A program made the translations under genes and the position numbers. Positions 48,167-56,252 of a stretch of 64,000 nucleotides of DNA are shown here, in pieces (position 1 is the first letter of the stretch; each line of letters opens with the position of its first letter). This DNA is from Candidatus Omnitrophota bacterium (GTDB lineage Bacteria; Omnitrophota; Gorgyraeia; JAHJTE01), in contig JAHJTE010000001.1 of the NCBI GenBank assembly GCA_018830005.1, forward strand, positions 577,332-641,331, read 5' to 3'. Below the pieces are notes generated by a model, which had not been told where the DNA came from, ran no database searches, and saw only the letters and a list, made by a program, of their open reading frames with translations.

Positions 48167-49006
48167 ATGGACACTGAAGCAATTAAGCAATTTTTGAATG
48201 ATGTCCATCAGAGACATAAGGATTATGATTATACAAAAGTTAAATCGGTGTTACAGGAATTAAAACGAGGATTCGTTGCTACTAATAAACAGGATGAGGC
48301 CAAAGAAGTATGGTGTTATGAGCAAACAATAAATGCTCAAAAGAATTTTATGGAAGCTTACAAAGCATTAAAACAAGAAAAGTTTTATGAGGCTTGGTGT
48401 ATTTTGGAAAAATGCGAGATTGCCCTTTTGTATTTAAAACCGCATTTTTATCAACGGTTTTCGGAATATTCTTTGGATTTTATCGAAAATCATGCGCGAA
48501 TGTTACAATCATTGTATCCATATAAACTCTTTATAAGTCCAGAGATGCTTATCCATCATTACAAATGCAGTATATGCGATCAAAGAGTCGTTCTTCGGAA
48601 TCCGTGTAGACATGAAGTTGGAGAGATTTATAATGGCGAGATGTGCGTAAGAATCATAGACGGAATTGAGTTTCTAGGCTCAGCTTTTGTAACAAATCCT
48701 GTTCAAAAGTACTCAGTTCCGTTTTTGACCGATCAACAGACAGGTAAGACAGTAGATCCATATAATTATAACCTAGTAAAATTTTTAATTGAGAAGCTGT
48801 CTACACCATTTGATGATTGGAGCTTGAAATGGACGAAAAAGCTTCATCCGCATTCAAAATTTAAACATCTTAGTAGGAATGACAAATGTCCATGCGCTTC
48901 GGGGAAGAAATATAAGCAATGTTGCCTTAATAAAAAAGGAGTGCTAATGGATCATTGTATATTTTCTATTCCTGGAATAGAAGGTTGTGAAGAAAGGATT
49001 CTTTAG
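48167..49006 (+). CDS. hypothetical protein with a C-terminal SEC-C metal-binding motif
   Basis: KCPCASGKKYKQCC near the C-terminus. Confidence 0.5.
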   Translation: MDTEAIKQFLNDVHQRHKDYDYTKVKSVLQELKRGFVATNKQDEAKEVWCYEQTINAQKNFMEAYKALKQEKFYEAWCILEKCEIALLYLKPHFYQRFSEYSLDFIENHARMLQSLYPYKLFISPEMLIHHYKCSICDQRVVLRNPCRHEVGEIYNGEMCVRIIDGIEFLGSAFVTNPVQKYSVPFLTDQQTGKTVDPYNYNLVKFLIEKLSTPFDDWSLKWTKKLHPHSKFKHLSRNDKCPCASGKKYKQCCLNKKGVLMDHCIFSIPGIEGCEERIL

Positions 49007-49147
49007 GAAAATCAATAAAAGGCAATTGTAGAGATTTGCGTTACATCTAAACAGGATAGGTTATAAAAATAAGGGGGTAATTTTAAGCTTTTAGCAACAG
49101 GCGCTTGGTTTCATTTCGGCGTTCTTTCTCGCGGGAGACCAATCTTT

Positions 49148-49888
49148 ATGAGCACAACCTACGACCTCAACAAAATAAAATTCGCTACCGATGAAGCGAC
49201 GTTCAAACGTGCGGTGGGGTTATATGAGGGCGGCAAGGTGACGGAGGTTGAGGAGGCCTTAGGTGATTGGACAGCCATTGTGCTTGGGATTAAGCCGTAC
49301 CGGGTTTCTGTGTCAGGGCGTAATTACAAGCATAGCCATTGCACCTGTTATGTTGGAGAAAAAGGCACGCTTTGTAAGCACATGGTTGCTTTGGCAATCC
49401 ATGCGGTTATGGGAGGGAAGCCATTGGACGATAAGGATAAAGAGCTTTCTTGTGGGATTGAATACAGCGGGCGTCGCGGTGTGCTGAATAAGGAAGAATT
49501 AGAAGCGCTTAAGAAAGCTGTTACTGAATCTATGCGATATATAAAGCCTTACCGGGGGCCCTCACGCACCTGGTTTGCTAATCAGGATTCTTTACGGGAA
49601 GGATGCAACCGGTTGTCAGCCGTTATTTCTAGCCTGCCGGTTAACAAGCAGGTGGTTGATATCTTGGTCAAATTGCTTTTGCGCTTGGAAAGGAAGCTAA
49701 GTGTCGGAGGAGTGGACGATTCAAACGGTATTGTGGGAGGATTAGCCGGTGAATTAGTGGCTCTGCTTGAAGGATTCACAAAAATAGATCCGTCATGTAT
49801 TGATTCCTTTGAACCGCTTTGCGGGAAAGAGTATTGTTTCGGTTGGGAAGATCCACTTGTCCGTATTTTTGACGAGAGAGTTAAATAA
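49148..49888 (+). CDS. SWIM zinc-finger domain protein
   Basis: YKHSHCTCYVGEKGTLCKHMVA (CxCx(n)CxH). Confidence 0.55.
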   Translation: MSTTYDLNKIKFATDEATFKRAVGLYEGGKVTEVEEALGDWTAIVLGIKPYRVSVSGRNYKHSHCTCYVGEKGTLCKHMVALAIHAVMGGKPLDDKDKELSCGIEYSGRRGVLNKEELEALKKAVTESMRYIKPYRGPSRTWFANQDSLREGCNRLSAVISSLPVNKQVVDILVKLLLRLERKLSVGGVDDSNGIVGGLAGELVALLEGFTKIDPSCIDSFEPLCGKEYCFGWEDPLVRIFDERVK

Positions 49889-49894
49889 GAATAA

Positions 49895-51109
49895 TTGAGA
49901 GAAGAGATGGCTGAAGAAGTGATGGGAAAAGATTTAACAGAGAATGTCCAAGAATTGGCCGAGGCGTGGTATAAGGGCGAGTTTGACTTAGGATATTACA
50001 ACTTTTATATCTGCACCGCGACCGAAGGATTGATTCAGAAATGCAAGGACGAGCATAAGATTAAGGTGTCGCGTTCGGATATAGAAGATATGTGCAAGCT
50101 GGACCTGCTTGAGTTCATATTGGATAAAAAAGACGGGAAAAAGATGTTTCCTCAGTTTATAGCTGACAGGGTAGCGTTTATAAAGGAATTACAGGCAAAT
50201 CTTAATTATCCGGTTCCAAGGTTACAGCAGATTATCGCTTATGAGAACGAGTCGCTGCCGTATTCAAACGAGGCATGTGATTTCTATTATGCTGACAGAA
50301 AGAATATTATGACCTGGCTTATTAAGAGGCTTAAATTTGAGATAAATGGCAGGAAAGAGTACTTGAAGGCGCTTGATGCGATTAATAAAAAATACGCTGA
50401 TGATGTAAAAAAGAAAAGAATAAAAAGAGTGATTGCTGATTTGGTTAAAAATGCAGAGGCAAGTATTGTCACCATTGAAGAGGTTGTCACCGAGTTAGCA
50501 AAGTGGAAATGGAAGGGCTTATCCAAACAGCAGAAGGATGAAGTGGTAAAAGTTGTTTTTGAACAACAGCTTTACGATGAGCGTGAGCGCATATCTGATA
50601 TGAAGCACTATTATAATAAGATATTATCGGGATACAGCCCTCAAGTTGAGTTTAAAAAGCCTGAGACAGCAAAGGAGCGGTTGGATTTTAGGCAAATTAA
50701 CTGGGAGGAAACAATCGAGTCCGTTAAGATGTACTCGCAGTTTATCGATTTTTTCGCGACTCCGTATTTCTCTGTGGAAATTGATAGGAAAGCAATCACT
50801 ATAAAGATAACAAATCCTAAGGAAGTGAGCACTCCCTTAAAAGGCGCGATAGATAAAATTTACACTATTTTTAAAAGCCGTTTTGGATACAGGCGAAAAG
50901 GATGGGGAGAGCGTTCAGGGAAAAAGCAACTTATGGAGCAGCGCAACGAGAAGCTGAGAAAGCTTTACTCAATGATGCGCAAAGAGAAACCAAATGTAGC
51001 CAGCGGGATTTTGATTGACCGGCTTATCGAAGAAACAAAAAAGACGGAGATCCCAGTTTTGACCACCGAAAGGATAAAGAGAATTATTTATACAAAGAAT
51101 ATGTCGTAA
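49895..51109 (+). CDS. hypothetical protein
   Basis: 404 aa ORF with coding-like composition and no recognisable motif. Confidence 0.45.
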   Translation: MREEMAEEVMGKDLTENVQELAEAWYKGEFDLGYYNFYICTATEGLIQKCKDEHKIKVSRSDIEDMCKLDLLEFILDKKDGKKMFPQFIADRVAFIKELQANLNYPVPRLQQIIAYENESLPYSNEACDFYYADRKNIMTWLIKRLKFEINGRKEYLKALDAINKKYADDVKKKRIKRVIADLVKNAEASIVTIEEVVTELAKWKWKGLSKQQKDEVVKVVFEQQLYDERERISDMKHYYNKILSGYSPQVEFKKPETAKERLDFRQINWEETIESVKMYSQFIDFFATPYFSVEIDRKAITIKITNPKEVSTPLKGAIDKIYTIFKSRFGYRRKGWGERSGKKQLMEQRNEKLRKLYSMMRKEKPNVASGILIDRLIEETKKTEIPVLTTERIKRIIYTKNMS

Positions 51110-51162
51110 ACTCTCGCGCTTATTCTCGCATATGCGTGTAAATTTATTATAGTTTACGACAT
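51101..51162. repeat. 14-bp inverted repeat (AATATGTCGTAAACT / AGTTTACGACATAT) with a 38-nt spacer
   Basis: Perfect 12-bp arms at 51101-51112 and 51151-51162, overlapping the stop codon of the upstream gene. Possible element boundary or recombination site. Confidence 0.4.
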
Positions 51163-51190
51163 ATCCAGAGAAGCTTTTTTAGGGTATAGT

Positions 51191-51228
51191 CCCTGTAGGA
51201 ATAAAAACCTGCAGGGATTTTTTATTTT
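51191..51228 (+). terminator. rho-independent terminator
   Basis: CCCTGTAGG-aataaaaa-CCTGCAGGG hairpin followed by ATTTTTTATTTT. Confidence 0.6.
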
Positions 51229-51255
51229 ATGGCAACGACAAAAGGCGAGATAAAA

Positions 51256-51573
51256 ATGAGAAGAGTAAAAGTTGATGAAGTGGTTTTCTACCCCATACGT
51301 CCTACCGAAAAAGGTTTAATCGGTTTTGCCTCCTGCTTATTCGATAGACGCCTTTCCTTGAGCAGTATTGCCATATATACACGGCCTGACGGAAAAGATT
51401 ACAGGCTTCTTTTTCCCTCAAAGCGGCTCCCGAACAATAAGGAAATAAATATATTTTATCCCGTGAATAGCGAGACTTACGAGCTGATAAAAGACGCGAT
51501 CGTGAAAAAAATAGAAGAATTAACCGAAAAGGTGAAAGAAAGAGGTGGATATGAAGAATATGGAAAATTATGA
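51256..51573 (+). CDS. SpoVG-family nucleic-acid-binding protein homolog
   Basis: MRRVKVDEVVFYPI..GLIGFASCLFD..LLFPSKRLPNNKEINIFYPVNSETYELIKDAI aligns with the SpoVG fold. Alternative start at 51229. Confidence 0.5.
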   Translation: MRRVKVDEVVFYPIRPTEKGLIGFASCLFDRRLSLSSIAIYTRPDGKDYRLLFPSKRLPNNKEINIFYPVNSETYELIKDAIVKKIEELTEKVKERGGYEEYGKL

Positions 51574-54157
51574 TTTCAGGGACATTATCGAAAACGTAAG
51601 GGAAAGGTATGACATTGGCGAAGTAGTAAGCCGACATGTAAGGCTTACTCATAGCAAGAAAGGCATTTGCCCTTTTCATGAGGAAAAGACGCCGAGTTTC
51701 TCGGTAAATACGAAAGGGCAGTATTTTTATTGCTTTGGCTGCGGTAAGGGCGGAGATGTTTTTAAATTTCTTGAGCTTTATGAGAGGAAGTCCTTTGCCG
51801 AGGTTTTAAGAGAGCTTGCGGATAGGGCCGGTATTAAGGTTCCAGACTTAGGTCCTAATTCGCACAAGCATATTGATGAAGAAAGGACGACTCGAGATAT
51901 CCTTAGCGTCGCAGCGGAATATTATCACGAGCGCATTACGCAAGAAGCAAACGATTATTTGACAAAGAAAAGAGGCATTAAGGATGAGATAATCTCCAGA
52001 TTCAAAATTGGTTATACAAACGGGAATTTAAACGAATACCTGATTAAAGAGTGCTGTTTCCCGCTCGATATTTGTCTTAAGGCCGGAGTCCTTAAGAAAA
52101 GAGAAGATGGTACCATCAAAGACTACTTCTGCAATAGGATTATTTTTCCTAATTTCAGGCGCGGCCAGGTGGTTCACATGTCCGCAAGAGGATTGGGTGA
52201 TAATGAGCCGAAATACCTGCATCTTCCGGGAGAGATAAAATACCCATATAATGAAGACTCGCTTTATGAAAAGGAAGTCTATGTTGTTGAGGGAATACTT
52301 GACTGCCTATCTCTTATCCAGTGTAGTTATCCTGCCGTTGCCGTTTTAGGCGCATCCAATTTTAAGTCCGAATACTTACAAAAGTTTTCCCGCTGCGAAA
52401 AGGTCTACATTTGCCTTGATGGCGATGAGGCGGGCATAAAAGGTTCGCTTAAGATCGGCAACATGATAGGAGATAAAGCAAGAATCGCTTCCTTGCCGGA
52501 AGGTATGGATATCAACGATTACCTTAATAGTTACACAAAAGATGATTTTGATAAGTTAATCGCCTGCTCCAAAGATCCTATTAAATATGAGCTTAGCTTT
52601 ATCTCGCCGGATACGGATAAAACCGAGCTTCCCCAAAAGCTTGAACCTATCTTGAAAAAATTAAGCTCTATGGAAAAAGCCCGGATAGAGGCGTATCTCA
52701 GCTATGAGATTAAGGCGCGTTTCAAGCTTAAAAAAGAGGATGTAGACGGCTATAGAGATATGATTATGAAGAGCCGCAAGGCGGATATGCAGGAAAGTAA
52801 GAGCCGGGCGGAGGAAGAAGAAGCTAAGCCAGTATATACCGCTTTATTTGAGGGCTTGATTGACGTAGTAGAAAAAGAAGGCAAACCCGCTTTTTTGATA
52901 AAGGAAGGTGATGATCTTTTAATCGTGAACAGCCTAAAGAAGGACGGCTTGCTTTATCTCCCGCCGCCTAAAGAGCAGATTCCATGGCTTATGCCGCGGG
53001 GAGAGGAGATATTGAAATTATATGAGACCCAATCAGAAAAATCCGCTGAGGAATGTGATAGAGAGCTTTATGACGAGCTGTTAGCTTACCATAAGTCAAT
53101 TTCGGAATTGCCGGAGGATAGCTATTACGACCTAATAACGGCCTGGGACCTACACACCTATCTTTTGGAAACAATAGAATATACGCCGATTATATGCCTG
53201 TTTGCCGTTCCTGAGCGCGGCAAAAGCCGCACCGGCAAGGGCATGATTTACATTGCCTTTCGCGGGATACATGTCGAGTCTTTAAGGGATGCCTATCTTG
53301 TGAGGGTTGCGAATGATCTCATGGCCTCTTTGTTTCTTGACGTAAAGGAGATATGGAAAAAGGCGGAGAAAAACGGGAGCGAAGACATACTATTACACCG
53401 TTTTGAGAAAGGGGCAAAAGTGCCGAGAGTCCTTTTTCCCGATAAGGGCGCGCACAGGGATATCGTGTATTATTCCATATTCGGCCCTACCATAATAAGC
53501 ACAAACGAGGGGATACACAGGATTCTTGAAACAAGGGCTATTCCTATTAACATGCCCGATACGACAAGACGTTTTGAAGATGATGTTACGCCTTTACGCG
53601 CCTTACCGCTCAAGGAAAAATTAATCACGTTCCGGGCAAGGCATTACGGGAAGGCGTTGCCATGTATGCCGAAACCGGCTTTAGGCAGGTTAGGGGATAT
53701 ACTTAAGCCTATCCAGCAGATTATACGCCTGGTCAGGCCGGAGCGAGAGGCTTATTTTCTAAAGCTTGTTAAGAGGTTAGAGTCGGAGAAATTGATTGAA
53801 AAAGCGGATACTATTGAGGCTCAGATCTTGGCTGTCTTGTCGAATCTCAGAAGCAATGTGGACAAGGGCATGCTTCCGGTTAAGGAGATTACGGATAGCT
53901 TTAACGAAGATAGGAGTGATAAATACAAGGTTACCTATCAGAGGATTGGCCGGAGGCTGTCGGCCATGGGGTTTAGTAAGGTAAGGACAAGTAACGGCGC
54001 TTCTGCCATAGTCTGGGATGAGGAGAAATTGGAGAGAATTAAGGACTCATACGGGTTGAGCAAAACGTCAGAAATACCAGATACGTCAGATACACCTAAA
54101 GACCCTTATGTTACTGACGTTTCTTGCGATACTGACGTTTCCCGGAGGCCATTTTGA
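51545..54157 (+). CDS. DNA primase (DnaG-like CHC2 zinc finger plus Toprim) with a large C-terminal domain
   Basis: CPFHEEKTPSFSVNTKGQYFYCFGCGKGGDVFKFL zinc-binding motif. Toprim-like VYVVEG...LDGDEAG. 870 aa. Confidence 0.75.
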   Translation: MDMKNMENYDFRDIIENVRERYDIGEVVSRHVRLTHSKKGICPFHEEKTPSFSVNTKGQYFYCFGCGKGGDVFKFLELYERKSFAEVLRELADRAGIKVPDLGPNSHKHIDEERTTRDILSVAAEYYHERITQEANDYLTKKRGIKDEIISRFKIGYTNGNLNEYLIKECCFPLDICLKAGVLKKREDGTIKDYFCNRIIFPNFRRGQVVHMSARGLGDNEPKYLHLPGEIKYPYNEDSLYEKEVYVVEGILDCLSLIQCSYPAVAVLGASNFKSEYLQKFSRCEKVYICLDGDEAGIKGSLKIGNMIGDKARIASLPEGMDINDYLNSYTKDDFDKLIACSKDPIKYELSFISPDTDKTELPQKLEPILKKLSSMEKARIEAYLSYEIKARFKLKKEDVDGYRDMIMKSRKADMQESKSRAEEEEAKPVYTALFEGLIDVVEKEGKPAFLIKEGDDLLIVNSLKKDGLLYLPPPKEQIPWLMPRGEEILKLYETQSEKSAEECDRELYDELLAYHKSISELPEDSYYDLITAWDLHTYLLETIEYTPIICLFAVPERGKSRTGKGMIYIAFRGIHVESLRDAYLVRVANDLMASLFLDVKEIWKKAEKNGSEDILLHRFEKGAKVPRVLFPDKGAHRDIVYYSIFGPTIISTNEGIHRILETRAIPINMPDTTRRFEDDVTPLRALPLKEKLITFRARHYGKALPCMPKPALGRLGDILKPIQQIIRLVRPEREAYFLKLVKRLESEKLIEKADTIEAQILAVLSNLRSNVDKGMLPVKEITDSFNEDRSDKYKVTYQRIGRRLSAMGFSKVRTSNGASAIVWDEEKLERIKDSYGLSKTSEIPDTSDTPKDPYVTDVSCDTDVSRRPF

Positions 54158-54224
54158 GGATGCATTGTGGTTATTTAATGGGAAGATTATCAGTTTACTT
54201 TAACAGGAGAGGAGGTGATTAGAC

Positions 54225-54374
54225 ATGAGCAAGAATCAATGGGATAAAGCGTTTGAAAGGATGCAGTCTGAAGCGGGGCAAGAGTCCAGAGAACATAAGC
54301 AGAGATGGGATAAGACGCTTGAGAGATTAGCTAATGAGTGGAATGAAACAGCAAGAGAAATCCAGCGTTGTTAA
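54225..54374 (+). CDS. small hypothetical protein
   Basis: 49 aa ORF after a strong RBS (AGGAGAGGAGG). Below the ORF-track cutoff. Confidence 0.3.
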   Translation: MSKNQWDKAFERMQSEAGQESREHKQRWDKTLERLANEWNETAREIQRC

Positions 54375-54534
54375 ATTCTGGTAGATGTTGTTAATGGTTG
54401 GTGCAGACTTTGGAGGGGGAATTCGTTGGACATGGAGGCAAGGTTAACGAATATAAAATGGGTCCTTCCGGAGGGGGCTTGGGCCGAGGGTCAGGCGAGG
54501 CGCAGTTTGTCAGTGATTTTAGGTTCATTTTTTT

Positions 54535-54653
54535 GCATGTCGGTGTCGGTATATCAAGGGAAAAAAATCATAATTTTAAGCACAAAACCGAAAAAATCAG
54601 GGGCAAGTAGACCGACATGAGCCTTTAGCAAATGTCGGATAGGATGCCGGATT
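54535..54653. repeat. iteron-like (C)ATGTCGG repeats, candidate replication origin
   Basis: GCATGTCGGTGTCGGT, ACCGACATG (inverted), ATGTCGGAT and ATGCCGGAT within 120 bp of an AT-rich non-coding stretch downstream of the primase. Confidence 0.35.
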
Positions 54654-54675
54654 TTTTCAGAAAGGACAAACCATC

Positions 54676-55314
54676 ATGACAGAAGAACAAAAAAGACAAA
54701 ACGAGGTGAATAAACAAAGCATTGCCGAGATAGCCAAGAAGAAAAGGCAGCTTTATCTTTATAACAAGATGCAGAGCGGAAAACCTCTCTCTGTTTCCGA
54801 GATAAAGGAAGTCGAGGCATTTGAGGCCTCAACTTTATCTCCGGGAGTCGTCAGGACTCAAGCAGAGGTAGCGCAGACCCTTGGCGTAACCAAAAGGACT
54901 GTTGAGCGATGGGCTAGTCAGGGAATGCCGATAACTCGTGAAGGCAATTATGATCTTCTGGATATCAAGGCCTGGAAGGTCACGAGAAAGAGATTCAAGT
55001 ATTTAAAAGACAATGAAAAAGAAAAATGGGACATAGAGTATCGAAAAAACAAAGCGCTTATAATCAAGATCGAATACGAAAAGACTTTAGGCCAGCTTAT
55101 ATCAAGAGAGGAAGTTGAAAAAGGAAGGATCGCCAGAATCATTGCCGTTAAAAATGCTTTTCTTGTTCTGCCTACGAGACTTGCGCCTTTACTTGCGATG
55201 AAGGAGCCAAGAGAAATCGAATCCATCATGCATGAGAACATTGCTGAAATATTAGATGATTTTGCAGGCGTGAGAAAAGGAATAAATGGAGAAGATGTGC
55301 AAGAGGAATGGTGA
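54676..55314 (+). CDS. HTH DNA-binding protein (terminase-small-subunit or replication-regulator-like)
   Basis: AEVAQTLGVTKRTVERWASQGMPI helix-turn-helix. 212 aa. Confidence 0.4.
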   Translation: MTEEQKRQNEVNKQSIAEIAKKKRQLYLYNKMQSGKPLSVSEIKEVEAFEASTLSPGVVRTQAEVAQTLGVTKRTVERWASQGMPITREGNYDLLDIKAWKVTRKRFKYLKDNEKEKWDIEYRKNKALIIKIEYEKTLGQLISREEVEKGRIARIIAVKNAFLVLPTRLAPLLAMKEPREIESIMHENIAEILDDFAGVRKGINGEDVQEEW

Positions 55315-55555
55315 AGATAAAAGTATTAGGCCTCGAGGGTGGGAAGCTTTAGAAATGAAGCTTAAAGGTAGGGGTCTGTCCATAGCGGAGGTTCAAGAGG
55401 CTCGCAAGTCGTTTTATGAGGGGATAGAGCTTTTGTCTAAGATGTTTTTGGTGTGCTATGAAGCGGAGAAGCAAGAAAAATGATGATAAGAAATACCTTG
55501 TATAAGGTTGTTTAATACGGTACAATACGAATGCTTATTAAAAGGGTCATTTATT

Positions 55556-55732
55556 ATGAAGACTTATACAATGACAGAGACGGCTAAAATGCTGGGAGTT
55601 CATCGCCAGACTATGATTAACTGGATTCGTAGGGGTTGGGTTAAGCCCAAAAGGGATTATAAGGACTGGCCGGTGTTTACGGATGAGTGTATCAAGAAGA
55701 TCAAGGATTGGCGGGAGAAGTTAAAGGATTAA
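55556..55732 (+). CDS. excisionase/MerR-like HTH protein
   Basis: MTETAKMLGVHRQTMINWIRRGWVKP is typical of the Xis/AlpA/MerR HTH_17 family. 58 aa. Confidence 0.5.
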   Translation: MKTYTMTETAKMLGVHRQTMINWIRRGWVKPKRDYKDWPVFTDECIKKIKDWREKLKD

Positions 55733-55736
55733 AAGT

Positions 55737-56252
55737 ATGTTCAAAAAATTATGGGACAGTATAAAATATAAAAAAATTTTGAGTGAAGTTGGAGATGGCC
55801 GATACCAAATATTTTCTCCAGAAGATCCATTTATTTCATCTTATTTATCTCCGGGATTAGCTAAGAAGCATGAAGATAAATTTACATGCGTATGTCTTGC
55901 TACTTGTGCTACTATTGTGACTTCAACAATTGATTATGCTTGTGAAGGAGTAATTATTCCTAAATGTTCACCGGTAGTTTTGTGGAGAACTTTTCGATAT
56001 TGCGAACACGATGGTGTCCCGCATCTTAACGCAGATGATAACATTATCTTTCCAGATCAAAAGGGCAGTATTTGGAAAGTATCAAAGACAGATTCCGAAG
56101 ACCACTATATTTCTATTGCTACATGGGCAGGACTCAACGTTATAGCATCTGCTTACCATTTACCACAGGTTCCGAGCGGAGCTTATTCGGATTATGTAGA
56201 AAATGGAGCTTCTGTGCCAATTACATTTGTGCCGGTGGGGAACAATAAGTAA
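55737..56252 (+). CDS. hypothetical protein
   Basis: 171 aa, Cys-containing, no recognisable motif. Confidence 0.4.
   Translation: MFKKLWDSIKYKKILSEVGDGRYQIFSPEDPFISSYLSPGLAKKHEDKFTCVCLATCATIVTSTIDYACEGVIIPKCSPVVLWRTFRYCEHDGVPHLNADDNIIFPDQKGSIWKVSKTDSEDHYISIATWAGLNVIASAYHLPQVPSGAYSDYVENGASVPITFVPVGNNK

Noticed and set aside
54398-54620. Two overlapping + strand ORFs (70 and 64 aa) between the primase and the HTH gene
   Set aside because: They overlap each other in different frames, have low-complexity Gly-rich translations and no RBS. The region is better explained as a non-coding iteron/ori region.
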